Source of the DNA: an uncultured Desulfurococcales archaeon
Lineage (GTDB): Archaea; Thermoproteota; Thermoprotei_A; EX4484-217-1
Direction of reading: 5' to 3'
DNA: 64,000 bases
NCBI GenBank assembly: GCA_964526225.1
Contig: CAZGLL010000004.1
Span: 3,455 to 67,454 of the forward strand
Below the pieces are notes generated by a model. That model was not told where the DNA came from, did no database searches, and worked only from the letters and a program-made list of their open reading frames with translations. Within the stretch, counting starts at the first letter, position 1. Every line of letters starts with the position of its first letter. A program made the translations under genes and the position numbers. Below are positions 18,587 to 28,427 of the stretch, piece by piece.

Positions 18587-19744
18587 GTGAAGTTTTTGAC
18601 AAAACTGCTTCAACTCTACCCTAAATACGGTATAAGAATTGTTAAAGGCTATATGCAATACGTTTGGGATGATAAGGGAAATAAGTACATAGACCTTCAT
18701 ACGGGATATGGAACAGCATTTCTAGGTCATTCAAACCCAAAAATAGTGGAAAGAATTTATCGGCAAATGAAAGAAATTATGGTTGCTTCATACTCCTTCG
18801 ACGTTAACTCAAGAGATGAAAGCATTAAAGCTCTCTCTAAAATTCTCCCTAAAAAACTAGAATACGTTTTCTTCCAAAATAGTGGAACTGAAGCTGTTGA
18901 AGCTGCATTGAAATTTTCTAGGAAACATACTAAAAGGAAAAAGTTCATAGCCTTCACAAACTCCTTCCACGGAAGAACTATGGGCTCTCTTTCATTAACG
19001 TGGAATCCTAAATATAGGAAACCCTTCTTTGCCGAATCAGAGGATGTTGTTTTTCTTAGGTTTAATTGTGTTTTTGATGTTGAGAGGTTTGTTGATGAGG
19101 GGGTGGCTGCTGTTGTTGTTGAGGTTGTTCAGGGTGAAGGGGGATTAAACGTTGCCACACCCGAATTCCTAAAGGCAATAAGGGAAAAATGCGGCGAAGT
19201 AGGCTGCGTAACAATATTCGACGAAGTACAAACAGGATTCGGAAGAACAGGAAAAACATGGGCACACCAACACTACAACATAGAACCGGACATTCTAGTT
19301 GCTGGTAAGGCTATTGGCGGAGGCTTTCCTGTAAGTTTAGTAGTTACTTCTAGTGAAATTGGAGAATCTTTGGAGTTAGGGGAACATGGAACAACCTATG
19401 GTGGTAATCCTGTTGCGTGCGCAGCTGTTTCAGCGTCAATAGATGTTTTATTAGAAGATGATGTTGCAGATAAGGCTCGTGCAGCTGGTGAGTACTTCAG
19501 AAAGAAACTTAGTGAGATAGTTTCAAGAGAAAAACTGAAAGGTTTAGGATTAATGATTGGAATAGATATTGGCGAGAACCCTGAGTTCGCGATTAAATCA
19601 TTACTTAATGAGAAAATAATTTCGTTAAAAGCAGGAGAAACAGTGCTAAGATTTCTACCTCCCTACATGATAACCAAGGAGGATATAGAGCATATAGTTG
19701 AGGCATTAAATAAGGTGTTGAGGAAGGAAAGCTATTCATCATAG
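18587..19744 (+). CDS. Class-III aminotransferase, acetylornithine / LysW-gamma-L-lysine aminotransferase
   Basis: 385 aa. It has the acetylornithine-aminotransferase N-terminal pattern (YIDLHTGYGTAFLGHSNPKIV) and the PLP-lysine region DEVQTGFGRTG. Confidence 0.9.
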   Translation: MKFLTKLLQLYPKYGIRIVKGYMQYVWDDKGNKYIDLHTGYGTAFLGHSNPKIVERIYRQMKEIMVASYSFDVNSRDESIKALSKILPKKLEYVFFQNSGTEAVEAALKFSRKHTKRKKFIAFTNSFHGRTMGSLSLTWNPKYRKPFFAESEDVVFLRFNCVFDVERFVDEGVAAVVVEVVQGEGGLNVATPEFLKAIREKCGEVGCVTIFDEVQTGFGRTGKTWAHQHYNIEPDILVAGKAIGGGFPVSLVVTSSEIGESLELGEHGTTYGGNPVACAAVSASIDVLLEDDVADKARAAGEYFRKKLSEIVSREKLKGLGLMIGIDIGENPEFAIKSLLNEKIISLKAGETVLRFLPPYMITKEDIEHIVEALNKVLRKESYSS

Positions 19745-20442
19745 AGCGTTTTTAAGGGTACATTAACATCGCTTAGTTGAATCTTTAATACATGTCTTGT
19801 TGATTTTGGCGGAAACCTTTTACCCTCTCTAACAACTCTTAGAACTTCGGATTTAGGTATAGGCGGGGGAATTATAGCTACAAATGGATTCTTAGTATAA
19901 GTCTCCACTTCAGTATCGGGTATAATACTTACCTCGCACCCTAATGCTTTAACGAATTTATCAAGGAAATGTATTGTCCAGTATAGTTTGTAAATGTTTG
20001 AAAATGATAAGTCAATAACATCACCATCACTATTTAGGATTTTCACAATAAATTCCTCATTGCCATGTTCACCATCAGATGTTTTCATGAGTTTAACTAA
20101 GCTCTTTACGAAAAACCCTATATCGCAAAATCCTTCATAAATATGTGCCCATGAGCGAATTTCAGCTAATTCATAACTAATAAGCAACGCTGGAATCTTC
20201 TTAAAACCAAGTTTTCTAGCTAAAGTAACTCTGTGTGTACCATCAAGAACGGTTAGTGTTGTTTTTTCGACTATTATAGGTCTTTTAATGACGCCGTCAT
20301 TTAGAATTTCTTTTTCAAGCTCCTCTAAATGTTTAGCAATATGATGTTCATGAAGCTTTAGAGAGTCAACACTAACTAAGGCGTATCTGAAAGCTTTACG
20401 CTGTTTGGCGATTGCATTTTTAGAGACCACAAGAAACACCAC
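19732..20442 (-). CDS. ParB/sulfiredoxin-like nuclease-domain protein
   Basis: 236 aa with the ParB-N/Srx motif LTVLDGTHRVTLARKLG. Confidence 0.5.
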   Translation of the reverse strand: MVFLVVSKNAIAKQRKAFRYALVSVDSLKLHEHHIAKHLEELEKEILNDGVIKRPIIVEKTTLTVLDGTHRVTLARKLGFKKIPALLISYELAEIRSWAHIYEGFCDIGFFVKSLVKLMKTSDGEHGNEEFIVKILNSDGDVIDLSFSNIYKLYWTIHFLDKFVKALGCEVSIIPDTEVETYTKNPFVAIIPPPIPKSEVLRVVREGKRFPPKSTRHVLKIQLSDVNVPLKTLYDE

Positions 20443-20526
20443 ATATGAGTGATTAGCGATTATAGAATAGGCTTAATTGAGCAAGCCAGTGTTTAGAAAA
20501 CTACCCTACCAACAACACCAGCTACA

Positions 20527-20584
20527 GAAGAAGCCCCCTAAGAAAACATTCTTGCTAAACATCCCTGTATAGGGGGCTTCTTTC
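20527..20584. repeat. Inverted repeat / stem-loop (gaagcccccta ... tagggggcttc, ~11-13-bp stem with a 29-nt loop)
   Basis: Perfect 11-bp complementary arms at 20530-20540 and 20570-20580 in the intergenic region. Confidence 0.6.
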
Positions 20585-20778
20585 ACTATAGAGCACCTAA
20601 TATCATATCGTAACCTTAATGTATTTAAGAATTTTCTTTGTTGTTATTTTAAATATCCTCTTTATTTAAGAGGAAAGTGTTTAACGTTATTACTCTAATT
20701 TACGAAAGCTATATTATCCCCCTAGGAAACCACTTCTTTAATGGTGTGCTCTCCACCTCTTTTAGCTCGATGAGCCCC

Positions 20779-21357
20779 CTAACACCCTTCCCAACCCCCT
20801 TTTCTCATTACATATACGTTATCTACGAATTTTAATAAATCTATAATGAATTTTCTTTCTCTATATCCTATTCTAGGAAATTTACCATCGATTTTCTTTC
20901 CAAAATAACTATTTGCAATAAAGGTTTCTGATTCCATTATGCATGCATCAACATCTTCAAATGGGCCTGCATGAGCATATATTGAGAGATCATTTATTAT
21001 AAGTATTTTCGTAGGATTAGCAACATACTCATCGAGTAGGGGTTTTAGCTTCTTAAAGTTCATAATAGCGTATCTTAACGCTTCGTCCTCACTCTTACTT
21101 GACAGTCTCGGAGGAATTATTTCTTCCGAGAAGTATCTAACATTTTTAAGATATTTGATATCTATGTAGTCAGTTATTTTGCCTCCTGCACCTAATATTC
21201 TCTTAGGGGCCATATCTATTACTGTTATTTCCCTACTTAACCTCATAGCTATGAGGCTAAGTAGTATTTTGGCCGACAACGCTGTTTTTCCTGAACCTAC
21301 TTCACCTATTATTAGCGTTCTTTTACCAAGAAGAGATACGGCTGAGATATCCTGCAC
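20779..21357 (-). CDS. Small P-loop NTPase (RecA/KaiC-like Walker A GEVGSGKT)
   Basis: 192 aa with Walker A at residues 18-25 and a hydrophobic Walker-B-like ILIIND. Confidence 0.45.
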   Translation of the reverse strand: MQDISAVSLLGKRTLIIGEVGSGKTALSAKILLSLIAMRLSREITVIDMAPKRILGAGGKITDYIDIKYLKNVRYFSEEIIPPRLSSKSEDEALRYAIMNFKKLKPLLDEYVANPTKILIINDLSIYAHAGPFEDVDACIMESETFIANSYFGKKIDGKFPRIGYRERKFIIDLLKFVDNVYVMRKGGWEGC

Positions 21358-21859
21358 GCTTTAGCACCTTTAAAACTGCGAAGCCCATTATAGACCCCAT
21401 AACTGAACTTACACCAAAAATAAACCATACTGGAATAAGAGCCCCCGTTAATCTTAAATCGCCTATTAGAGGAGCTACTAAATATACTGAAAGAGTTCCT
21501 CCTATGAAAACTGTTCCAAGAGGTTCACTAAAGGCAGCATATTCTATTTTATCGTTTCTTCCTAATTTCTTTAGAAGCCATGTAAAAAAACCTACAATAA
21601 CTCCCCCAGGTATTCCACCCGGAAAAGCGTAAATAGTTCCAACACCTAAAATGTTTCTAATTATTCCAACAATTGTAGCTACAACGAAAGCCCATAATGG
21701 GCCGAGAGTTACTCCAATAACGGAATTCAGTAGGTGCTGTCCTGGAAAAGCCTTAGTTGTAATGAACGGTATCTGAAGAAACGGTGCTAAAACTACACCC
21801 AAAGCAGAATATATAGCTACTAAAGCCACCTTCTTAGTTAGCGCTTTACCCTCGACCAT
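21323..21859 (-). CDS. Polytopic membrane protein (possibly ECF-transporter S-component/BioY-like)
   Basis: 178 aa with 5-6 predicted TM helices. The family assignment is tentative. Confidence 0.35.
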   Translation of the reverse strand: MVEGKALTKKVALVAIYSALGVVLAPFLQIPFITTKAFPGQHLLNSVIGVTLGPLWAFVVATIVGIIRNILGVGTIYAFPGGIPGGVIVGFFTWLLKKLGRNDKIEYAAFSEPLGTVFIGGTLSVYLVAPLIGDLRLTGALIPVWFIFGVSSVMGSIMGFAVLKVLKRAGYLSRISSW

Positions 21860-22046
21860 ACCTTACCTCGTATTGAAATTAAACTTCGGTTCTAAGAGTT
21901 TTTCGCAAATAAAATAATATAGACAGGATAGGATATTCCCAGAGAAAAATGTAGAGCACGGTTTATACAGTTGTTGATATAAATCATAGCGAATTAAACT
22001 TAAGTATAACAAAATAGCTACTAAGCCTAAGAAGGTCCGATGCATC

Positions 22047-22595
22047 ATGGGTAAAATAGGTTCTGGAGTTAAAGCAGGGTTTATTGGCGGACTCGTTTCT
22101 GGAGTATTTATTGCATCAGTAAACATCATAATAATGACTGTTTACAAGGAAGCATACATTAATATGTTCAAAAAGGCTTCTGAAAAACTAACTGAAGAAT
22201 ACGGAGTAGAGCTCCCGCAGGGTTCTCCTGAAGAAGTTGCCTTAGTAATGTATAATTTATCGAGAATTCAAGGAAGCATTTATGCTATATTAATGGCTGT
22301 AATTATAGGGATTGTTGTTGGAGCTATTGTAGCTAAGTTTTACGGAAAACTCCCATTTAAAAACCCTCTTGCTAAAGCTTTGCTAATATCATATATCATA
22401 TTAGCTATTAAGACAAGTCTTTCACTTGCCTTTTCAGGTATAGGGGGGTTTAAGCCGGAGGAGCTAGGTGTCTCACAAGAGATCACAGTATTAAGCTACA
22501 TTACGGATATAGTATCCCACACTATCTTAGGATTAGTTATTGGAGCACTTTACGGTAAGTGGGTGCTGAAGGCCGAAGAAGCTCTTGAACTCTAA
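22047..22595 (+). CDS. Membrane protein, first gene of the ABC-exporter operon
   Basis: 182 aa with 4-5 hydrophobic helices. It ends 12 nt before the ABC ATPase gene. Confidence 0.35.
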   Translation: MGKIGSGVKAGFIGGLVSGVFIASVNIIIMTVYKEAYINMFKKASEKLTEEYGVELPQGSPEEVALVMYNLSRIQGSIYAILMAVIIGIVVGAIVAKFYGKLPFKNPLAKALLISYIILAIKTSLSLAFSGIGGFKPEELGVSQEITVLSYITDIVSHTILGLVIGALYGKWVLKAEEALEL

Positions 22596-22606
22596 AGTGA
22601 TCAGCA

Positions 22607-23302
22607 ATGACTGAAAAGCTGAAGACCGTATATAGGGTTGTTAATGTATCTAAGATTTATGGTAAGGGTAGGCTTGCCGTTAAAGCTTTAAAAAATGTCA
22701 CATTTGATGTTTTGAAAGGGGAACTCCTCGTCATAATGGGTCCTTCTGGTTCAGGTAAGACAACACTGCTTAACATTCTAGGGTTACTTGACAAACCAAC
22801 ATCGGGAAAAGTGTTTTTCTTAGGTAGGGATGTTAGCTTATTAGGTGATGCTGAAGCTTCGAAGTTCAGAGCTAAATATATAGGCTTCGTTTTTCAACAA
22901 TTCAACTTAATACCTTGGCTTACCGCCTTAGAGAATGTTGAAATAGCCTTAGCCATAGGGAAATACCCTAGGAAATTGAGGAAGAAGAGAGCTTTTGAAC
23001 TACTTGAAATGGTAGGGTTAGGTGGAAGAATTAATCATAGACCTAGGGAGCTTAGCGGTGGTGAGCAACAGAGAGTTGCTATTGCCAGAGCTTTAGCTAA
23101 TGATCCTTACGTAATATTGGCCGATGAGCCTACAGGAAACTTGGATAGTAAAAGTGGAGCTCAAATAATTTCTATACTTAAGAGGCTTTCTAGGGAGGGA
23201 AAAACGGTTATTGTAGTTACACACAATCTTCAAATAGCTGAAGTGGCTGATAGAATACTGATCTTAAGAGATGGAATGCTTGTGAAGGAGAAAATACCAT
23301 GA
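22607..23302 (+). CDS. ABC transporter ATP-binding protein (MacB/LolD-type)
   Basis: 231 aa with Walker A GPSGSGKTTLLN, the signature LSGGEQQRVAIARAL, Walker B ILADEPTGNLD and an H-loop. Confidence 0.93.
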   Translation: MTEKLKTVYRVVNVSKIYGKGRLAVKALKNVTFDVLKGELLVIMGPSGSGKTTLLNILGLLDKPTSGKVFFLGRDVSLLGDAEASKFRAKYIGFVFQQFNLIPWLTALENVEIALAIGKYPRKLRKKRAFELLEMVGLGGRINHRPRELSGGEQQRVAIARALANDPYVILADEPTGNLDSKSGAQIISILKRLSREGKTVIVVTHNLQIAEVADRILILRDGMLVKEKIP

Positions 23303-25518
23303 AATACAAAGTCATATACACAATATTGATAATATCGCTCATAATTATATCTACGATCTCGCCAATAATAGTTAAAGCCTACACTAAACCACTATATCCA
23401 TTAATGTTCCTAGGAGCTTCATGGACAACAAGTGACGGTAAATCACCGTATCCTAATACTATAGCTACTTTGACACTTTACTTCACTCCAAGAAACGATG
23501 AAGGCATAGAAGATCTTCTCGTAAGATTGCAACTTCCGAAGCCTCTTTCTTCAGAAGATGGTGGATCATCAATTTATCTAGCTCATCCAGAATTTGTGGC
23601 TAAGGGTGAAATTATAGAGTTAAAAACAAACATTATAATACCTGCTGATGCCGAACCTGGAATATACTCTTTCGTAGCATATGTGCAGTACAAAATACCT
23701 ATAAGCAAGTACGTTAAGGAGCAAAAAGGAACCACCTTCTCATTTCAGCTTTCACTTTACGAGAAACCCTCTTTAACAATTAATGCTAAGCTTCTGAAGC
23801 TTAACCCAGACTCAATAAATACTTTAGAATTCGAATTATTTTTCAACGGCACAGTAGAGTCTAGTGTAAGCGTTAGTGTAAGTTCAAATGATATTTCAAT
23901 ATTGAATTACACGCCAACAACAATACATGTTTCACCCGGAGAAAGTTTTAAAGTTAAAGTTAAGGCGTACGTTCCACCATACGATAAACTCATGAAACCT
24001 TTAGTTAGCGTTAATGTTAAAGCGTCTGTAAAGCAGCTTGACCATATTACTGAAACAGCTAGTACATTCTACTACTTAGTTTTAGATAATAGGGAGCCTT
24101 TAATTAAACTAGATACTATAAGAACAAGGTACATGAACGGAGTAGTCACAATAGACGGTATTGTTAAAAACTTTGGGAATAAATCGGTATCAAACCTTAC
24201 AGTTGAAATTACTTCCGAGTCACCAAATGTTATAGTAGAAAATGATTTAGTAAATATCGGAGTTTTAAATCCCGGGGAGAGAAAAAGCTTTGAAGTAACA
24301 TTAAAAACCTTAAGTTCAGAGAATATTTCAATAGAGTTTTCAATAATGTTCTTTAGCGATAAACCTTATGAGCTAAGAAAGCATTACAGAATAAGCTTAC
24401 CTACAGACATCAGCGACCTTGTTAAAGTAAGTTATGAGATAAACAATGGGGAACCGTTGAAACTTGGCGAAATAAACACTTTAACTCTAACGGTAATTTC
24501 CAATACGCAACTTGAAATTACAAATGTTGTTGCTGAACTTATCCTTCCAGAGATTTTCGGAAGCAAAATAGTGCAGTCATATAGTAGAACATTAGATTTC
24601 GGTGAAGAAGCAAAGTTCAGCTTTAACTTCTACCTTCCAGATACATTACCTATAACATCATATGAAGTACCATTAACAATAAGGTTGGCGATTACTGTTG
24701 AAAAAGGGCTATTTACTCTTGAGAAAACGCTTAATGTTGTCGGGGAAGTTGTTGAAAAACCGGAGTTTCTGATAAACCTAGGAACGTACGGTATAAAACA
24801 AGCTATGGAGCAAGACATAGTATTTTACATTCAGAATAAGGGCTTAGTGCCTACTAAAGTAACCATTTCTGCTAGTTCAAACCAGCTATCCATTCTCTCA
24901 CTAAATCCACAATACATATTACTTGATCCTGGAGAAAAAGCCAAAATCGTAGCTAAAGTCTACTGTCCAATGTTAAGTGAAAACGTAGAGACCGCCACTA
25001 TGAATTTAGAGTTAAAGTATAAGTGGAAAGGTGTTGAAGAATATATCTCAAAAACATTCCAAATACCAGTAGTTAGAGAAGCAAAACTGAGAATTGTAGA
25101 ACTACAACAAACACAGAGCGAAGATAGGGTAATAATTAAGGGGCAACTTGTAAACATAGGTGATGCTAAAGCAAAATATGTAACATTAGCATCCAAGGTT
25201 GTTAAAGGAAACGTTTCAATAGATAATCCAACAGTGTACTTAGGAGATCTAGATTCTGGTGAAGGAACAAGATTCTCCATATATACTAGAACATTAGGTG
25301 TAATGGAGGCTAAAATACTATTAACAATAGATTATCAGCAACCTAATAGGACTTGGAGCAGTATATCTAAGGAAATAACGATTCACTTCAAACAAGAGAT
25401 TAAAGAAACAAGTAAGGTAGGCATGGAGTTTAGTGAAATAGCGTTACCGATACTTGGAGTTGTAGCGTCAATTATCGCAGTAGCTGTTATCTTGATCAAA
25501 TATGTTAAGAGGAAGTAG
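23299..25518 (+). CDS. Large extracellular/surface protein with N-terminal signal/TM and C-terminal TM anchor, repeated beta-sandwich (CARDB/DUF11-like) modules
   Basis: 739 aa. The start overlaps the ABC ATPase stop by 4 nt (ATGA). It has an N-terminal hydrophobic segment and a C-terminal IALPILGVVASIIAVAVILI anchor followed by KYVKRK. Confidence 0.55.
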   Translation: MKYKVIYTILIISLIIISTISPIIVKAYTKPLYPLMFLGASWTTSDGKSPYPNTIATLTLYFTPRNDEGIEDLLVRLQLPKPLSSEDGGSSIYLAHPEFVAKGEIIELKTNIIIPADAEPGIYSFVAYVQYKIPISKYVKEQKGTTFSFQLSLYEKPSLTINAKLLKLNPDSINTLEFELFFNGTVESSVSVSVSSNDISILNYTPTTIHVSPGESFKVKVKAYVPPYDKLMKPLVSVNVKASVKQLDHITETASTFYYLVLDNREPLIKLDTIRTRYMNGVVTIDGIVKNFGNKSVSNLTVEITSESPNVIVENDLVNIGVLNPGERKSFEVTLKTLSSENISIEFSIMFFSDKPYELRKHYRISLPTDISDLVKVSYEINNGEPLKLGEINTLTLTVISNTQLEITNVVAELILPEIFGSKIVQSYSRTLDFGEEAKFSFNFYLPDTLPITSYEVPLTIRLAITVEKGLFTLEKTLNVVGEVVEKPEFLINLGTYGIKQAMEQDIVFYIQNKGLVPTKVTISASSNQLSILSLNPQYILLDPGEKAKIVAKVYCPMLSENVETATMNLELKYKWKGVEEYISKTFQIPVVREAKLRIVELQQTQSEDRVIIKGQLVNIGDAKAKYVTLASKVVKGNVSIDNPTVYLGDLDSGEGTRFSIYTRTLGVMEAKILLTIDYQQPNRTWSSISKEITIHFKQEIKETSKVGMEFSEIALPILGVVASIIAVAVILIKYVKRK

Positions 25519-25523
25519 CTAAA

Positions 25524-26726
25524 GTGAACCTATGGGACCTTCTAGTTTTCTCCTTCAAAGGGCTTAAAAGCCAGAGCCTAAGATCAGCGTTGACACTCTT
25601 AGGTATACTTATTGGTGTAATGTTGCTAGCACTAGTTTTCTCCGTAAGCGATAGTGTAACATACTCTATAGCTAATATTTTCGCTAAAGGAGGTCTCAAC
25701 AATATCTACGTTTTTTCATCAACAAAACCTTTCGAGTGGTACGATATAAGACAGCTAGAAAATATACCACACATTGTAGCTATTTCACCTTATGCTTCGT
25801 TTTCCGGTAAAATAGATTTTGGAGTATTTGAGAAAGACATAACATTAATAGGTGTTCCTCCCGAAAACCTTCACCTCATAATCCCCGATGTGAAAACCTA
25901 TGAGGGTATAGCATCAATAACAACTTCTGAAAGTTGCTTAGTAGGATTTAATGTTGCATCCGAAGCTGAGAAGGATGGGTTTCCCATACGTGTAGGAGAT
26001 ACATTATATGTTAGAGTAGGCCAAGCTAAGGTGCCGTTTAAAGTTGAGGGTTTACTTGAAAAATACGGGTTCACACCCGTAGGACCTATTGACGAAGCAT
26101 TAATAGTTCCATATAGTGTAATAGAGGAAATATACTTCAAAGTTACCGGTACTCGAAGGAGGGGCTACAATCAGCTCGTAATAGCAGTTGATGATGTCGA
26201 CAATGTAGATTTCGTTATTGAACAAATAAGAGATCTTTTCGAAAAAGATGTTGGTGTTTTCGCAATAAAATACATTATTAAATCAGTCATGGATTCTATG
26301 AGGTTTTTCACGTTAATAATTGGAAGTGTAGCATCCGTTACGCTTATCGTAGCAGCTATAGGCGTAATGAATGCTATGTTCACAACAGTTATGGAGAGAA
26401 TAAGGATAATAGGTGTTCTAAGAGCTTTAGGACTAAGGAGACATATGGTTCTCTTAAACATACTTATTGAGGCTCTAACTTTAGCGGCAATAGCCTTAGT
26501 TGCAGGTTTGCCCTTAGGTGTTTTCATAGGTAAAGCGCTTATAGAAGGAGGAATGTTTACACCTTCAGGACCCAGAGGCTCTCTTGGAACAATAAGCTTT
26601 ACGATAACACCTAATTCATTAACACTAATAATTACGGTGACTATAGCATTAACTTTGATTGGCGCATTACCTCCAGCATATAGAGCATCTAAGCTCGAAC
26701 CTGCTGAGGCATTAAGATATGAGTAA
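25524..26726 (+). CDS. ABC transporter permease, MacB-like with FtsX domain
   Basis: 400 aa with an N-terminal TM helix, a large extracytoplasmic domain and three C-terminal TM helices (FtsX topology). Confidence 0.85.
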   Translation: MNLWDLLVFSFKGLKSQSLRSALTLLGILIGVMLLALVFSVSDSVTYSIANIFAKGGLNNIYVFSSTKPFEWYDIRQLENIPHIVAISPYASFSGKIDFGVFEKDITLIGVPPENLHLIIPDVKTYEGIASITTSESCLVGFNVASEAEKDGFPIRVGDTLYVRVGQAKVPFKVEGLLEKYGFTPVGPIDEALIVPYSVIEEIYFKVTGTRRRGYNQLVIAVDDVDNVDFVIEQIRDLFEKDVGVFAIKYIIKSVMDSMRFFTLIIGSVASVTLIVAAIGVMNAMFTTVMERIRIIGVLRALGLRRHMVLLNILIEALTLAAIALVAGLPLGVFIGKALIEGGMFTPSGPRGSLGTISFTITPNSLTLIITVTIALTLIGALPPAYRASKLEPAEALRYE

Positions 26727-27609
26727 CGATGTTAAAATACCTATTAATGAACCCTATGACCTAAATCTGACGCTTTATCCATCATTTAATCTTGCTTTCT
26801 TCGAGAGAAGAGGAAACATCTGGGTTAAGGTTGTGGGGAGTCATTTAGGATTAAAACTTAGTTTAAAGAGGCACTTTTTAAGCGCGAACATAGACGATAT
26901 TGAAGCAGTTCTTAACTATTCTGGACTATGGTTTAATCCAGTCATGTACATTAGGGATGCAAACGATCAATTTAAGGATGTTGTTTTTGAATTAATAAGA
27001 TTCTACGGTAAGTTAAGACTGTCAATTAATCCGTATGATAAAGAAGCTATGTTTGTAACGATAGTTTTATCTCAGAGAACAGATTTTCACGTAAACGTTG
27101 TAAGATGGGTTAAAAAGATGTTTTCAAAGGGAAAACCTGACTTCAGCATTGGTAGAAGCTATCAGTTAAGAAGAGCTCGGGAAGCGTTTAGTTCATGCAT
27201 TGAAATTTTAAGGAAAGATTCAGCAAGAGAATATAGTGATTTATGGAGTCTAAGGAAGGATTTGTTATCTAAATGTAGGAATGTTGGTGTAAAAACAGCT
27301 GATGCATATTTGCTATTCACTAGAAGAAACGCTACATGGCTAGCACCCGTCGATATTCATTTTAAAAGGTTTATACGTTACATTTTCAATGTAGAGAAGG
27401 AAAACCCTCGGAAAAACTATTGTACTAAATATTTATGTCATAGATGTCCATTTAAGAACGAATGCGCTACTTATTGGGCTTTAAAATCTTTTAAGAAGCT
27501 TGCTGGCTGGATTCAAACAGTAGCTTATGTACATGATAAACTCTATTGTTCGAAGAGAAAATGCAGTATTTGTCCTTTGTCTAGGTTTTGTAAGGGAAAG
27601 TTAGATTAA
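26719..27609 (+). CDS. HhH-GPD superfamily DNA glycosylase (endonuclease III/MutY-like) with a C-terminal Cys cluster
   Basis: 296 aa. The segments VTIVLSQRTDFHV, VGVKTADAYLLF and PVDIHFKR match the EndoIII helix/HhH/catalytic-Asp pattern. The C-terminal C-x4-C-x2-C-x5-C resembles the [4Fe-4S] loop. It overlaps the permease stop by 8 nt. Confidence 0.55.
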   Translation: MSNDVKIPINEPYDLNLTLYPSFNLAFFERRGNIWVKVVGSHLGLKLSLKRHFLSANIDDIEAVLNYSGLWFNPVMYIRDANDQFKDVVFELIRFYGKLRLSINPYDKEAMFVTIVLSQRTDFHVNVVRWVKKMFSKGKPDFSIGRSYQLRRAREAFSSCIEILRKDSAREYSDLWSLRKDLLSKCRNVGVKTADAYLLFTRRNATWLAPVDIHFKRFIRYIFNVEKENPRKNYCTKYLCHRCPFKNECATYWALKSFKKLAGWIQTVAYVHDKLYCSKRKCSICPLSRFCKGKLD

Positions 27610-28365
27610 TTCTTCAGGAATATTATCAGGTCTATATGCTATTTTAGGTTTTAAGCCATATTTACGTAAAATTTCAACTACGTGAGGATATAGGAATACA
27701 TATTCCGGTTCAAGTTCTTCAACTAATACCTCATCTATTTCCTTAAGTTTTCCGATAAGCTTCTCTACATCTTTCTTATCGCAGAAGCTCATCATAACCG
27801 CTGGATGAACGGAAACGGAGTGGTCAAGTAGGTTTTTTAATGCTCTAAACTGTAACTCATAAGCTTCAGGTTTTGCTCCAGTAAGTTTTACGAATTCATC
27901 CTTAGAACAACCTTTAATAGAAACTCTTACATGTAAATTTCTAAATTTTGAAAGTTCACGAGCATAATCCCTGTATGCACCTAGTAAAATGCCGTTGGTT
28001 TCAAGTATAAACAGGTACCTTGTTTGCGAAAGCTTTTCTAAAAGGGAAACTAAATGAACCCTACTTATTGTAGGTTCTCCGCCGCTAACCCTTAACTGCC
28101 TATATCTTCTCCTAGAGGCGATTCTAATGAGTTTCTCAGCAACTTCTTCAGCTGAGTAAAATTTACCATATTGCGACATAAAGTCACGTGGTTTCCAACT
28201 CCAACAGAACCTACATCTTAGATTACATCCTACACAATCAGCTGTAGCTATTCCCCCATACCATCTACCACCTCTAAAACGATAATACTTCCTAAGTTCT
28301 TCCCCGCCTACCTCTTTAACAACAACTTTTCTAACGATTTCCGTAAGTTCTAGAGGATCGTACAT
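27601..28365 (-). CDS. Radical SAM protein (single CxxxCxxC cluster, PflA/NrdG/QueE-like small activase type)
   Basis: 254 aa with CVGCNLRCRFCWSW and the SAM-binding GGEP motif (RVSGGEPTI). Confidence 0.75.
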   Translation of the reverse strand: MYDPLELTEIVRKVVVKEVGGEELRKYYRFRGGRWYGGIATADCVGCNLRCRFCWSWKPRDFMSQYGKFYSAEEVAEKLIRIASRRRYRQLRVSGGEPTISRVHLVSLLEKLSQTRYLFILETNGILLGAYRDYARELSKFRNLHVRVSIKGCSKDEFVKLTGAKPEAYELQFRALKNLLDHSVSVHPAVMMSFCDKKDVEKLIGKLKEIDEVLVEELEPEYVFLYPHVVEILRKYGLKPKIAYRPDNIPEELI

Positions 28366-28427
28366 TTACTTCCCTAAATTTCAAATATGTTTTCCCAGTA
28401 GTTATTTCTCTAGGCGGTGAAGCTATT

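Noticed and set aside
2307-19265. Multiple 60-140-aa ORFs lying antisense within annotated genes in this span (2307..2495, 3488..3685, 4196..4426, 5174..5434, 6996..7208, 9377..9619, 10110..10529, 10961..11170, 11537..11803, 12463..12648, 13495..13755, 14667..14930, 15462..15644, 17185..17418, 18757..18957, 19062..19265)
   Set aside because: All are fully embedded antisense in longer ORFs with clear homology and show low-complexity translations. They are treated as frame shadows.
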